From NCBI GenBank assembly GCA_965112735.1, contig OZ218963.1, positions 2,790,001-2,854,000 on the forward strand: a DNA stretch of 64,000 nucleotides. Reading direction: 5' to 3'. Position 1 is the stretch's first letter; each line of letters begins with the position of its first letter. Made by a program: the position numbers and the translations under genes. Positions 35,258-49,303 of the stretch are shown here, piece after piece. The notes beneath the pieces were generated by a model. It ran no database searches. It was not told the origin of the DNA and was given only the letters and a program-made list of their open reading frames with translations. The DNA comes from Phaeosaccion multiseriatum. Lineage: Eukaryota; Protista; Ochrophyta, other classes.

Positions 35258-37867
35258 ATGGCGGAGAGGGAAAGGAAAAAGCTCTTCGAGGCTCTGAAGA
35301 CTTGCCAGCCTACCGAGGAAGAGGGCTTTGGAGACTTTGGGCCATTCGTGGACTTTGTGCGGCGGCACGGAAGGAGGTGAGATGAGATGCCGGTATTTCG
35401 TTTAGCAGCGCATGCCGTAGACTCCACCTTTGACGTTCGCAGCCCGCCCTCTTCGTCTCAGACTGGATGACTTCGATCTGTCCGAGTTCCTGCAAAGCCT
35501 GCCCCGTAAGGATCATGAGAGAATGTGGGCCTTGGTTCTCTCCTTCACAGAGCCTCTCGTGGACTCTGGGGTGTGCATCGCTGTCGACGAAGAAGAGGAA
35601 GAAGGAGAGAAGAGTGACCAGCAGGAACGGGAACGAAGTAGTAAAGAGGGGGGGGGGGAGACAGAGGGGGAGAAAGGAGAGGAATCGACACTCTCACTCA
35701 GGCTTGCCGCCGAGGGTGGAACAGACGGCACTAACACCTCTCCAACAAGCGCCTGCAGCCGAGGAGCGGCACCAGAAAGAGGAGAGTCACTGCCAGCAGA
35801 GGACCAAGGCAAGGAAGCAGGAAACCAAGAGGCTCTCACTGAAGAGGCTTGTATGGTGCTGAACTGTGTCGTCACCCTCGCCTCTGTGGAGATCGCCAAT
35901 CCCAAGACCGTCGCTGCGAGCTCTCTGCTGCAGACCATGGTCAAGCTGCATGACATTCTGCTGCTCATCTCTGGTGGCAGAGAAGGAGTGGTGCTCCAGT
36001 CGAACCTCGCTCGTGTGTGCGAGGCGTGGTGGGTAGGGGAGAGACCTGGCGCAGAGCACCTCATGCCGTCCTTGATACCGCTAATGATGGTAAGCAAGTC
36101 TACAGGTCCAGCAGGAGCGGCAAAAGTGTGGTGTGTGGTTCCACTGACGACCGCAAAGAGCGTGGCCAAAGAAAGACCTTCGCTGCATTATCAGCTTGCT
36201 TGCCCCTGTGCGAACAGCCTCGCACACAAGACGTCTTCTTGTGACATTCCTTTTGGCTGAATACACAACCCCCCGGCCTTTGCTCAATCGTATCCGGCGT
36301 CCTTTCAGGTCCGCACGCTGGAAGAGTCAGCGAAGGAGGCCGACGTCAAGCGTATGTACGGCTTGCGCGCTGGTCTGCTTCTGTTAGACTTTGAGGACCA
36401 GAGCAGCGAGGGCCTGAGGGAGCTCCTCCTCCGAGCCTACCTCCATCCCCTGTACCTCCGCAGCGTGGAGGGCAGGAGGTTTCTCACCTACTGCTTGGGC
36501 TTGAGCCCCAATTTCGTGAGGGATGTGTATACCACCGTCAAGGCACAACTACCCGGCGCGAGGAAGGCAGTGCTCAAGGTAAGCCTGCCTGCTGCTCTGC
36601 TGCCTGCTGCTCTGGCATGAGGGAAACGAAAGAGAAAGGACGAAAGCAATGGGAAGCGGGGGACAGGCAGGCTTGCATGTGTGTGAGGAAGAGAGAAGCA
36701 GACAGTTACATGCGAGCCTCACTTTCTCCCGGTCTTTCTCTCCGCCCAACCCACGCGCCACATGCCGCACCTCATGCCCCGCAGGTGTATGGGGAGGTGT
36801 TGTTCAAGGCCTGGAGGGGCGCGGAGGGAGCGTACTCAGCGACCATGGAGAGTAATCTGCAGGACTTGATGCGAGCGTGTGTTCTTGCGGCGACTCCTGT
36901 CTTGTTCGGCAACCTCCTGCTGCTGCTGGGGGCCTTTCATGAGCAGAAGAGGCAGAAGGGGGTCGACACAATGCTGTTGAAGCTCTACGGCCCCATTCTC
37001 TGGCGCTCTCTCAAGGTGGCCAATCCTGTGGTAAGACGTCAGAGTGGGGCACGGGGACTAAACGACTGGTGGATATTGGACTTGGGGAGCGTATGGGGGT
37101 CCCCAACGAGTGTTCCCTGACCGTCGTATCGCTATTCCAAACACTTCCATTTCCGCATTCGTGCTCACGCTCTCCTCCTATCCTCTCGCCCCGCTATGCC
37201 ACTCTCTGTGTGGAAAGGTTCGCAGGCAGTCATGTACCGTCCTGGCAGACGCTTTCCCCCTCCACGACCCGGACATGGGCCCCCAAGCCTCTGATGAGAT
37301 ACTCCAACGGCAGGTGCGAAGGTGCTAACTTCAAGTTGCAAGTCTCTGTAGCGCATCTTTTGGTCTCTCTTCATTTTTTGGGCGGAGCGTACCACCAAAC
37401 ACCCTCCTTCCAGGATGGAACATTGCCCGACTGAATCGTCCCCGACGCGAGAGCACCACACCTATCCTCAACAGTCGTGAATCATTTCCCCCCCTCAAAC
37501 GACAACATCTCCCCGTCCCCCCTCCTCGCTGGTGTCTGCCAAAACTGCACCCGGGGGCGAAACTCCCTAAACTCCCTTCAGTTCGACGCTTTCCGTCAGC
37601 TACTGCAGGACTCGGACCCGCGTGTACGCTCAGCCGCGGCCAAGGGTGTGTGCCGCGTGCTCGTGGTGTATTGGGAGGCGATTCCCCTGGCGACGATAAA
37701 GGCGCTCCTTTCGCGCATCGCGGGACAGCTGGCGTTCGACGCTGCCTCCCCCGCCGTGCGCCTTGCGTCCATTCAGGGCATCCAGGTGGGAATCATCGCA
37801 ATCATCATTGAAGACCTACAGAGCCTTTAACCTACACCGGTGGTGGTGGTGGTGGTGGTGGTGGTGG

Positions 37868-37904
<37 letters not shown>

Positions 37905-40900
37905 CTGTTTTTCTTTTGTGGGCCGTAGCACAGCGCCGCCGACCCGACCATCTTGCGTACCCCTGTCTTTCGGCTCTGACCCGATCCGATCCAACCCAAC
38001 CCCATCTGTGTGTATGTCTCTCTCTGTACCCTCCCACAGTCCTTGCTGGAATGTCCCCTCTCCCACCCAGTGCTCAAGAACGTTCTCCCGAGCATGAAGA
38101 ACGCGCTCCACGACTCTAACCCACGGGTTCGCCTCGCCTTTGTGCGGCTACTCACTGCTGTGAAGCACATTCGCTCCATCCGCTTCTATCATGTCTGCCC
38201 CGTCGATCACCTGCTGGCGAGGCTGGCAGAAGATGGAGGAGGACGAAGGAAGGCACCGGCTGTGGCGTCTGCCATGACCGGCCTCCTGCTCAATTCGTAC
38301 TTCCCTCAGGTGCGTGTGTGCGTTTGTGTTTGGGGAAGGGCCTGTCCTCTGCTTCTTTCTTCATTCTTCATGTTGTGTACTCATTTCGCATCCATCTACA
38401 CCCGTTTACGCCACATATCTAAGAATGCGTCGCCTTTCCTTCCTACTCCCTACTCTCTGACCCTTCCTTTTACGCACAGGGCAACGGCGTCACCGGGGCC
38501 CAGCAGGTCTCGCGGTGCCTCGCCTTTCAAGAGCAAAACCTCGCCGCTGCGAGTGTGTTTTACAGCTTCTTCCACGAGCACACGTCGGTGGGGAGTGTGG
38601 CCAAGATGGTGGCCATGCTCGCCAAGTGCGTACTCGTGGCCGTGGACAACGAGAAGACAGCGGCAACAGAGGTCACGGCTGCAGCAGCAGTCGAGAGCGA
38701 CAGGAACGGAAACATGCCGGCAGCGGCGAAGAAGAGGCCAGAGAAGAAAGAAAATAAGAAAAGGAGTAAGCCCAGCGCCGACCATGACGAGAGCGGTGAC
38801 GAGAACGAGGACAAAGAGAACGGCAGCGTCCGCGGCGGCGGCGGCGGCGGCGGAGGAGGAGGCGCCGCGCTGACTGCCTCGGATGAAGCGCAAATGAGTG
38901 CTCTGCTCGGCTTCATGGCCACCATGTGGGAGAGTGTGGCCAGGAAGCTTGCGGAGCCTGCCTACGAGTCAGCGGCGGAGCTGCTGCACACCACCTTTTC
39001 AGGTACGTGGGAGAAGTATCTGATAAGCCTCCGTCAGCCCCCCCCCCCAACCCCTTGTGCCGTGGGACATGTGTGATGTGTGATGTGTGATGTGTGATGT
39101 GTGATGCTGTGGACTCTTTGGTTGTCGATGGGTTGCCAGAGCAGAGCCGCTCTCTTGGGCCTCGGTGAGCGCATCGCCCTCTTTGACTCTGTCCCAAACA
39201 TTCCAACGAGCTGTGTCACCTCTCTCACTCTATTCGGTCCTCCCCTCTCGCTATTCGGTTCTCCCCTCTCGCTCTCGTGCACATTCCTCCTGTCCTCGGA
39301 TCCATTTCTTTGAAAAGGCACTGTGGTACGCTTGCTGTACGACACGTTTAAATACGAGCCAACATGTCGGTCGCACATGCTGCGGATTGCTGGTCTGGTA
39401 GGCGTGCGGGTGGTACCGGGTCTGCTTGAAGATTTGGTAGGGGAGCTGGTGGCGCTACCCGACAAAGCTAGCGCGGCTGACTTTGGCGCTCTAGTCACCC
39501 TCTTGTGCGCCTGGAACCAGCAGGAGCACCTGTTCGCCGCCCTGCTTAACAGTCTAGAGTATGTTTTCCTCGACGGGGAGCAGGAGCAGGAGCAGGAAAG
39601 TGGAAGCTCGACGCGCGGACCCGCCGGACGCAGAGCGAAGCGTCGTCGAGGGAGGGATGAGGGGGGCGTTGGGGAGAACGCGTCTGTAGGGAAAGGAGGC
39701 GGAGGAGGAGGAGGAGGAGGAGGAGGAACGAAGGGGGGCTCCAGGCTACCCCCCTCTTTGGCACTGAGTCTCTTGTCCTTCTTACTCCGAGGAGGTGTGC
39801 AGGAGAGGGGGGACTGTCGAGTCTTGGAGGCCAGAGACGCGCTCTTGGCCGATACTCCTTTGATGAAGCGGCTCAAACGTGCTCTCTCGGCTGCTAGGGA
39901 CAAGGCAGATGAGCGACTGTGGCACTCGGCTGCTGCTGGGACGACGTGTGTGGACCTGCTGCTCGCTCGGGCGGTGGAGATGCACGGGAGACTGAGCCTG
40001 CATGAGTATACCGCAGCTGCTGTTGCCGCGAACAGGGATGGGGTTGGAGGGCTGGGCACACAGATGGGGAGAGCAGCAGCAGGGGCGGTACACGCGGAGG
40101 ACGCACAGACGCAAGGAGAAGGGCTTAGCGATAGCATGCGGGGCCTGATGGACTGGATTTCGGGGAGCATTCTACCGATTCTAGGAGGGGAGGAGAGGAA
40201 AGCTGGTTGCCGTTCCAAGCCGCAGTGCTCGCCGACGAAGAAGAAGTCCACCACGATGGCTTCTTATCGACTCGCGCAGGCTCTCTTTGGAGTCGCGGTG
40301 GCTCTATCTAGTGATTGGCTGGACGTGGGCTGCGCAGTCGGCGAGCTCGCCGAGTACGCGGAGCGGTGGGGCGGAGCCCTTCTTGCTGCCCTGCAGCAGC
40401 AGCAGCAACAGCAGCAGGAGGAGGACGAGGAGGAGGAGAAGGCAAGGGAAGCCGTCCCCATCGAGGCTTGGGACCCCGTCGGCCCCGTGCTTCCCCAACT
40501 TTGCCGGTTGGTTCACGTCTTTGCTACCATGACACCCTCGGAAGGTGGTGGTGGTGGTGGAGCAGGGGCAGGAGCAGGAGGCGCGCCGGCTTCCCTGTGG
40601 GAGGTGCTTCTTCGTTCGGCACAGGCCAAGCACGCCGGTGGTGGTGCAGGTGGTGCAAGACTCAGCGTGGTGGGGGTGGAGGACGCTGTGATGCACGTAC
40701 ATGGCTCAGCGTGTGTGGACAAATTGCTGCGTACCTGCGTACTCGGTGCGGAGAGGAGGGGCACCCTTGAGGGGCACGTAGAGCGGCTGCTCGCTTTCGT
40801 GTACTCTCAGTCTCGCCTCAAGATTGGAGAGAAGGCAGATGGCGACGATGAGGAGGATGTCATGAACACAATCGCGCTGGGGAAGGATGGGCGACAGAGC

Positions 40901-41566
40901 ACGCTGCTCTTCACCTCAGCCGCCGATGCAGTGTCGGACTCTCTGTTTCGCTCGGCCTCCTCCACAAAGGCCGCTTTGGCCGTGACTCTACGGTACTTCC
41001 GGGTGATGAGAAAACGGCGTCACGCGCACGAGGAGCAAGACTTTGCCGACCAGGAGGGAGAGCGAATGAAGCAGGAGGGCGGTGGAGAGAGGGAGAGGTG
41101 GGACATGTTTGTGATGCACTTATTGAGATTGCTGCTCGACAACGCGCACCCCGCGACCGCCTCCCTCGTGGCCGTGGGAGTGTACTCCGAGCTAGCCAAG
41201 ACCCCGGCGTGTGTATATGCTCATGGGCAGACCAGCGCATCTGAGCATGGCTGGGCCAGAGGGAAAAGGGAAGAGGGAGGACTCGACGAACCCGAGGGCG
41301 GTGACGACGAAGGTAGCAGTAACAGGGTTGAGAGAGGGGGTGATGGTGGTGCGGAGGTGGTGCAAGCTATTCTATCTCTGTACAACGAGCTGGAGCTGCT
41401 GCGACAGGCAGCCCTAGCAAAGATGAGCACTGCATCCAATGGGAAGGAGGACGGGGAGGAGGAGCACCATGAAGCGCCGGCCGCTGGTGCTGTATCACCA
41501 CCTCCTGCTGCTGCTGATGGTGAAGGAACAGGTGAACGCAGACAGACTCGAGAGATACCAAGGTAG
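35258..41566 (+). CDS. NCAPG2: Condensin II subunit CAP-G2, multi-exon
   Basis: DVKRMYGLRAGLLLLDFEDQSS..LRELLLRAYLHPLYLRSVEGRRFL, LYGPILWRSLKVAN, DAFPLHDP, LHDSNPRVRLAF, IRFYHVCPVDHLLARL, LLLNSYFP. Confidence 0.93.
37838..37903. repeat. (GGT)n(GTT)n intronic microsatellite
   Basis: Trinucleotide arrays. Confidence 0.9.
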
Positions 41567-41835
41567 GCAGGCCATGGGAGGGTGGCGCGGCAAAGGGATG
41601 AAGTATCGACCATTCGAAAAGTGTCCGCCACTTTTTCAAGATATTATACAGTATAAAGTCAAGAAATAGAAGTGTGACGTGACAAGCGGCGATGAAAGGA
41701 TCTCCTTGGAGTTTCGATTTCGTTCTGCCAAGACAAGCTAGCCTCTGTCGGCCCCTCCCCGTCCTTTCCGGCCTGCCGGGGAGATCTGCTCGCCCCTATG
41801 TTAGTTAAAAATTTGAGACAGGAAGAATGCTTAGC

Positions 41836-44800
41836 TCAAGAATTATTCAGCTTCTCGTGGAGTTCCTTCGCGAGCTGCTCGTCAGTCCGTCGCTCCCCTT
41901 CTGCTGGCGGCGCCCCTGCTGTATCACCAACTGCTACTTTTGGCGTGTCTTCCGTGTCCAGGAAAACGAGCGTTTTGGGCGCGGCGGGTTCTTCTACGCA
42001 GGTCGGCTTCATCATTATAGCCGGCTGAAAGGGTAGGGTAGTGTAGGAGAAACAAGGAGGAAGTGAGTCAGAGCCATAGCCTGCGTCGACAGTCCGAGGG
42101 AGAACTTTATTGACTTACAGCCCGAGGGGAGTGGGTGAGCATGGTTGCAGAGGTGCGTGGTTCAACGCAGAACAGAGAGCAAGAGCAGGGACTGAATATA
42201 TCGTGAGGGAGGCAGAAGATCATTCCCCCAACGGGAGGCACCACCACAACAACAATAATAACAACCAACAACAACAAACAACAGCAACAACAACAATAAC
42301 ACTAACTGTCCTGAACCGCCCGCCCTGTGCTCCTTCCCCTCCAAGTATCCAAGTAGACAGGCAGGTAGGTAGGTAGGCAGGTAGGTAGGTAGGTAGGTAG
42401 GTAGGTAGGTAGGGAGGTAGGTGGGTGGGTAGGTAGGCAGGTAGGTAGGTAGGTAGGTAGGTAGGTAGGTAGGTAGGTAGGCAGGCAGGTAGGTGGGTAG
42501 GTAGGTTGGTAGGTAGGTAGGTAGGCAGGTAGGTGGGTAGGTAGGTGGGTACGTGAGTGGGTAGGTAGGTAGGTAAGTAGAGGTGATCAGTAGGTAGGTA
42601 GGTAGAGGTGATCAGTACCTGGGGCATCTCCAACTCATCCTCCGGAGTAATGGCGTCGTAGTAAATGTTGGAGTTGTCTCCGTTGTACGCTTTGTACAGC
42701 TCGCCCACCTCAGCGCGCAAGGTGTTCATCTTGCCGGACACGGCCTGGAAGTGGGGGCCGATGAGCTTGGGCATGCCTAGGGAGGTGCAGTCAGAGCGCT
42801 CGTTGAAGAATTTGAAGGACGCCTGACGGAAGAAAGAGAACGACAACAGGTGAAGGAGGCGGGCACGCGGAACAAGGAGAGGGGGAATGAGACGGGAGAG
42901 CAGGCGAGGGACGACGGCGAGGGGCCCAAGAACGGATACCAGGGGTAAGGGGGGGTGAAAGGAGTGGAGGGGATGACGCGCGATACGCGAGATGAAGCAG
43001 ACACTCCGCCCCAAGAAGAGACGGGGAGAGAGTAGAGTGGATCAGTAGTGAGGTGCCCTGCTATCGTACCACATCGGAGCGAGCAACGGATCAGAGAAGG
43101 AGGAGTCCTCTTGCTTGCTCCTCTACTCCGGCGCGCCCCGCTGCCACCCCCGCCTCCTTCACACTCTCGCTGGCATCGCATAGAAGATAAGTGTGTGAGG
43201 AGGGGAGTCGGGAAACTCGAAAGATTCACTCACCCGCAGGAAAGCAATACCCTTTCCGTACTCCTCCTTCTGCCAGTGATGAACCGCCATAAAGCGGTGC
43301 GCCAAGGCCTTGAACAGGTTCTGGACAAAGCTAATGTGCTGGAGAAAGGCAGGGTCGAGGTTGGCGTAGCCAATGCCGCCTTTTGTACGCATAGTGGCGA
43401 TACTTGAGTCCAGCAGTGAGCACACGCCGAGGCACAGCTTGGCCAGCAGGGTGGGAGGAGTCTTGCCCGTGCTCATTGCCTTGGCCACAGCCATCTGCTG
43501 CGCTTCAGCCAATAGGAAGGGCACAAGGCCTTCGCAGATGCCCTCAATCGCCTGGGCAGGAGGAAAAGGGAGGGCAAGGAGGAGGGTTTGTTTTCGGAGT
43601 TAGAGGCTGGGCTGCAGCAGCACATGTGCATTGGGTGCTTGAAAAGCAAAGAAAGGGGTGAGAAGAATCCCCAGAACGCAAGCCTCGCACCCCTATTTAC
43701 AGCACATAGAGGACGCGTGATGGGGTGCGAGAGACACGACGGGGGTGGCGGGTGGCCTAACAGAGGCCGGCCGAGCTTCTCCGTCTTTTCCCCCTCCTTT
43801 GGAGCCTACTACCTACTTACCTCGGGGGGGCGCGGCTGTTTGGCGGTTTCGCCAATCCACCTGGGAAGCTCCTCCTTGTGCAGCTGGAGGGGGAGGGGGT
43901 GATGGTTGTGTGCATCCGAAGGCGAAGGGGGAGTGGGCAGGAGTGAGGAAGGAAGGAAGGAGGAAGGAGGAGAAGCAACATCCCACCGCTCGATGTCCCA
44001 TTCGATGGCATAGGAGTCTGTCCTCTGGGTCCTTCGGTCTCCGATTCGCTCGTGCCGTCACCAATTCAAGTCATTCGTGGATGCTCCGCTGATGTATCCT
44101 ATCCTACTCACATGCTCCATGATACCCGCCGCCTCTCTCAAGTAGGCCCCTGCCTCGGCGTACTTGTTTGCAACGTCTCCATCCTCAACAATGTTGTACA
44201 CGATGACGCTCAATGAGATGGCCTGTTGCGGTGCATATATGAGAGAAGGAGAGAGGGATAAGAGAGAGAGAGAATGAGAGAGAGAGAGGGAGGGAGAGGA
44301 TGGGCAGAGGGGCAGAGAGAGAGTTTGTGTGTGTGCGTGTGCGTAACCTCGCACCCACCTGACTCGCAATGGCCATACTCTTGTCCCACACGACGGCCTG
44401 GTTCGACACCCACTTGGTTCTGGTGGAGAGGAGACCAACAGGGTATTACCAGCCAAACAGCACGCAGGTAAACAAGCAGGGGCGCCGGTGGAACGAAAGA
44501 GCGTTATAGAAAGACGACCACCCCCCTGCTTCCACTACCGGCGCCACTGGCAGCCCCTTCGCCGTGCTGCGCCTTACTGACCTTGGGGTAGAGCCAATGC
44601 CTGTCGTCCAGGAGAACTCCAGCGCCTTGGAGAGGAAGACTTTCTGGCTGTTAAATGATGCCTGCTCGAGGGACGAGAGGGTCTGAGCAATGAGGGGCAC
44701 ATAGCGCTTTGCAGCGGCAACGGCGTTTTGATAGTTCGGCGTTGCTGTCGCGAGCTCTGTTGCAAGGTCTCGCCGCGCTTGGTTCATGGAGCTATCAAGC

Positions 44801-45004
44801 GAGCATCGAAGCAAGCGAATGCGGAGGGGTGAAGCAGAAGGAGGGGGAGGGAACAGAGTGAGGGAGGGATTGATATCTAAGGGACACCGTTTCTGAACTC
44901 ACCATATAATTCCCTTAGTCTCCTCCGCGCCAAGAGCTGGGAACCAGGGGCGGCGAACACGAGGGATAATATCAGTCCTCTCCCTCGCACCCTATTACTG
45001 CCAT
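41836..45004 (-). CDS. BRO1-domain protein (BROX-like), multi-exon; start codon tentative
   Basis: [55 protein letters not shown]. Confidence 0.8.
42355..42606. repeat. (TAGG)n intronic microsatellite
   Basis: About 250-bp degenerate TAGG array. Confidence 0.95.
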
Positions 45005-45387
45005 CTCAGCACTCTGCCAAGAGCCTCTGCCAAGAGCCGGGCACCAGAGAACCGGCGAACACGAGGGCATAATCCCCTTTCCTCTCCCTAATGCTATCAC
45101 AGATCCCTCTCTCTGCTCGACAAAAAAACACCAAGTGCCTCACCTCGCTCGAAAGCCGCCTCAAAGTCAATGTGGCGAGTGGCCGGTAACGGGAAGCGAT
45201 ACACGTGAGTCACCAGGCTCTGCATTGTGGGAGTTACACCCTCTACCTCCAATGGGGAAGCCATATGCTCTCTGATTGTCAGAAGAGCCGAGGGAAAAAA
45301 AAAGAAAAAAAAGAAGGGGAGGGAAGGATGGCAATGGATGGCTTTTCCTCCCTTTCTCTGACCCTTATTTGCTTATTTGCTGCAATC

Positions 45388-48300
45388 ATGTCCTTCTCCT
45401 TTGGTGGTGCGCCAGCAGCAGCACCCCCAGCGGGGGGAGGGGGGGGGTTCTCGTTCGGAGCGGCTGCTGCTGCTCCTGCTGCTGCTGCCGCCCCGGCAGC
45501 GACTCCTGCGCCAGCTGCGGGCGGCTTTAGCTTTGGAGCTTCGTCTGCTCCTGCTCCGTCGCCTGCCCCTGCTGCTGGAGGAGGAGGCTTCTCGTTCGGA
45601 GCTGCTCCTGCTCCTGCTGCTGCTGCTACTGCTGCCCCAGCAGCGACTCCTGCGCCAGCTGGGGGCGGCTTTAGCTTCGGAGCCTCGGCTGCTTCTGCTC
45701 CTGCGCCTGCCCCAGCTGCTGGAGGGGGAGGATTCTCGTTCGGAGCGGCTCCCGCTGCTGCTCCTGCTGAAACTACTCCTGCTGCTGCTCCTGCTGCTCC
45801 TGCTGCTGCTTCTGCTCCGGCTGCTGCTCCGGCAACAGCTGCGGCGCCCGCTGGCGGTGGCTTTAGCTTCGGTGGGAGCGGCGCTCAATCTTCCACACCA
45901 GCACCAGCACCGGCAGCAGCAGCACCAACACCAGCGGCAGCACCAGCAACCACAGCACCATCTGCGGGAGGATTCACCTTCGGGGGTGCGCCAGCCCCTG
46001 CAGTATCTGCACCAGCAGCAGCACCAGCGGCACCAGCGGCACCAGCACCAGCAGCAGCAACCGCGCCAACGACCGGGTCGGGATTTAGCTTTGGGGGTAC
46101 CAGTACCTCCACTCCTGCTACCGGGAAAGACGCGTCTGTTACTGCCACTACCACCCCTACGACTGCCCCTGTCTCTGCCTCTGCTGAGGCAAAAAGAGGG
46201 GTTGCCGGGGCCGATGGGGCGATCGCAGCAGGTACGCACATAGGACGGACACGACTCAGAGCCACAGCTGTCCTATGTTTTGGCTGCTGCTGCAAAGACA
46301 CTGGATGCTCTCACACTAGCAATAGCTTAACGGTGTGTTTAGTACTATTTAGTAAGGGCCGTTTGATCGGGGGAAGGGGAGGGGAAATTACAAAGAGATG
46401 CGACTAGTGAGTGTCACGGCAGAAAGAAGGCCCAGCGTAGTAGCTTCTTGGTGATTGATTCCCTTCTACTCTCTGCGCAATGCCACCCCCCATGTGTGTG
46501 CTGCTCTTGACCCACACGCAGGGGGGGGCGCTGTGACGGCGCAGGCCGCCCCGTCCAAGTATCAGGGTTGGGTCATCGAGGATGTCATTAACGAGTGGAA
46601 TGGGCAGGTGCGTTGTGCTAGCGTGTGTAAAGCTCCATTAGGCTCAAAGATACGGACGGGCGGACTGACTGACTGACTGACAGACAGACAGACAGACAGA
46701 CAGACAGGGGAGGAGCGATGGGCTTGGCCTCCGCCCGTCGCTGGAAAGCACGGACCTCCCCTCAGTCCCTCCCTCTTCCCCTCCTCCCCCCCTCTCTGCC
46801 TTTCTCTGTCCTAAACACGTGGCCACAATGGTGACACACACACGAGCAGATCAATGCAGACGTAAAGGCGTTCGAGAGGGAAGCGCAACAGGTGAGGAAG
46901 AGCACCTTTAGCTTCTGACACCCGTTTTGGCGGCGCTCTGCCCCCATCTAGTCTTCGTGTCGTGAGCGATCATGCTCTTTCTGGGAGAGCCCCCTTCGCC
47001 CCTCCTCTCATTTCTCTTTTTCTCTTTTTGTCGAGGACGTTGGAATCGGTGCCCTTTTCTTAGGTACAAGCTGCTGCTCTCTCTCCCTCCCTCTCTCCGC
47101 AGGTGAAGGATTGGGATAAGAAGCTCCGAGACAATCAAAGAGAGATGATGGGCCTCGCGGATCAGGTCAGCGCGCATTGTCACTGTCAGCGCGTGACTGT
47201 AACGACTGCAAACCGAAGTCGTACGTGTCGCGTTGCACTTTACAAAGTCTAACGCTACTGGTTGATGTGTAACGAACGCAGGTGTTCCGGCTTCGTTTAG
47301 CCCAAAGCGAGCTGAACAGCACAATGGACAACATCGACAACGGGCAGAGAGACCTCGACACCACTCTACTGGGTCTAGAAAAACAGGTGCTGGCGGTGTT
47401 GGTGCACGAATGATTTCACACATTCAGTTTCAGGTCTTCCCCCCCCGAAGGAGGAGGGACTAAAGGGGTTGCAAAAGGAGGCTCTGGGATTGGTTGGTCA
47501 GGGGTCCATGGCAACGAGAGGGCATGGTGCATGCAAGTACTTTGGAGAGTGACAGGCAACAGAGAAATGGGGTAAAGCGCGCGTGGAGTCGGAAGGAGAT
47601 AGAACAATAGACACCTTCGAATACATGCCCAGAGAGAGATAGAGCGAGAGAGAGATAGAGACTGAGACAGAGTGAAAGGCTGTGGATTTTGCTCTCAGGA
47701 CAGATCTGTAGTAACGTTTTCGCTTTTCCTTGCTTGCGTACGTCTCTCGCCGCTGGTACTAACGGCAACCGTCCACTGCCTTCCTCCCCCCCCTCCTCCT
47801 CCCCGTCCCCTCCTCTCCTCCTCCTCCTCCTCCTCCTCCTCCTCCTGCGGCTTTAGGTAAACGACATGTACGAGAGCAGCACCCTCGCGGGGCGGCAGCT
47901 GGACGACGCAGATCGAGAACGGGAGAAGACGTACCAGGTTGGTTTGTGGGATACACACACACACAAGTACTCCTTCGCACCCTCCCCGTTAGTGTTGTTT
48001 CACATTCGCTCCCTCTTGAGGCGCTTCTGAAGATGTTTTTACGTGTTGAGTTTATCGCACCAGCAAACCATTCAGTCATTTGCCGCTTTGCCTTTTGGTT
48101 GCGTGCATCCCCTGCATTCCCATTTACGCCAAAAAAAACTCTCTTGGAACCGTCCTCTCTGCCCCTCTGCTCTCTTTCCCCACGGACGATCGATCGCTCC
48201 TCACAGCTGGCCATTGGGATAGACCAACAGCTGAACACCATGCTGGGAACACTCAGCCAAGTAGTCAACGGCCTCAACTCCAGGTGCGTGTGTGGGAGTG

Positions 48301-48802
48301 AGCGGAGCATGAGGAGGAGGAGGAGCACTCAAAGCTTTGGCTCCGAGCGTCGTATGCAGGCAGTCGAAACCGGGATGGAGTCACGTGACACGGGCACGAT
48401 GCACGCAACACAACGCAGACAGGCTGACCGACAGGCTGACCGACAGCCGGTAGCATGCAGCAGCAGCAGCAAAACGCGCTTTTGTCCATATGACGTCGTA
48501 CTTTCCCCTCGCGCTCCCTCTGGGTGGTGTACCCCCCCCTGGCCTTCGTCAATCAGTATACGCGCCGCCCTCCCCTCTCCTCACACACAACGTCCTCTCC
48601 TCTCCTTGCTTGTGTGTGTGCGTGTGTGTCTGCGTCTCATTGGTGTCATATCAACAGCTTCGACCGCAACGCCGACTCCAGCAGCACAGTCGTGAAGATT
48701 CTCAAGATCCTCAACGCGCACCACCAGTCGCTGCGATGGGTGGAGAGCAACGCGGCCAGGGTGGGGGAGGACGTCCGAACCATCACCAGAAATCTAAAAT
48801 GA
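45388..48802 (+). CDS. NUP62: FG-nucleoporin Nup62/Nsp1, multi-exon
   Basis: Repeated GGFSFG with Ala/Pro spacers; IEDVINEW, VKDWDKKL, IVKILNAHHQSLRWVE-type Nsp1_C end. Confidence 0.9.
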
Positions 48803-48951
48803 TACGATAATAACGGTAGTGGACCCCTGATGTACTACCGACGCATTCTCGGTAGTATGCCACTGGCCGCGGTAGCAGGTAGCACGTCGGCTGACGCCGG
48901 CGGTAGCAGATAATTGGCCCAAATCGCGCTCGCACAAGAGTTTTAAGGTGG

Positions 48952-49271
48952 TCATTTCCTCTTCTTGGCTGCGATGGACTTGGTTTTCATCTTCTTCAAG
49001 TGCTTGGGCATCTTGGTCTTCCTCTTCTCTCTCTGCTGCTCCTTCACGAGTTTCTTGGCGGCCTTCTTCTCTTCCTTCGCTGCCGCCTTTTGCTCCTCCG
49101 TGAGCGGCCCTCGATATTGCCACCCCTCGTCACCTTCTTCTCTCTGCTCAAGGTCGGCGTCGCTATCGCTGTTGCCACTGCTACTGCTTCCGGCCTCATG
49201 CACGTCCTCCTCACCTTCGACAGCACCGTTGCAGTCACTTTGTCCGCCGTCCCCCGCCCCCGTCTTGCCGG

Positions 49272-49303
<32 letters not shown>

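Noticed and set aside
39783-39797. LRGG inside CAP-G2 as a third processing site
   Set aside because: Internal, no leader, nuclear protein; expected by chance in Gly-rich GC-rich sequence
39034-40254. 406-aa antisense ORF, and many similar overlapping ORFs
   Set aside because: Shadows of GC-rich coding exons with no independent motifs
42355-42606. Telomere-like array
   Set aside because: Degenerate TAGG tetramer inside an intron, not TTAGGG/TTTAGGG
45373-46243. Cys/Arg/Ser- and Leu/Gln-rich repeat ORFs
   Set aside because: Alternative frames of the Nup62 Ala/Pro FG repeats
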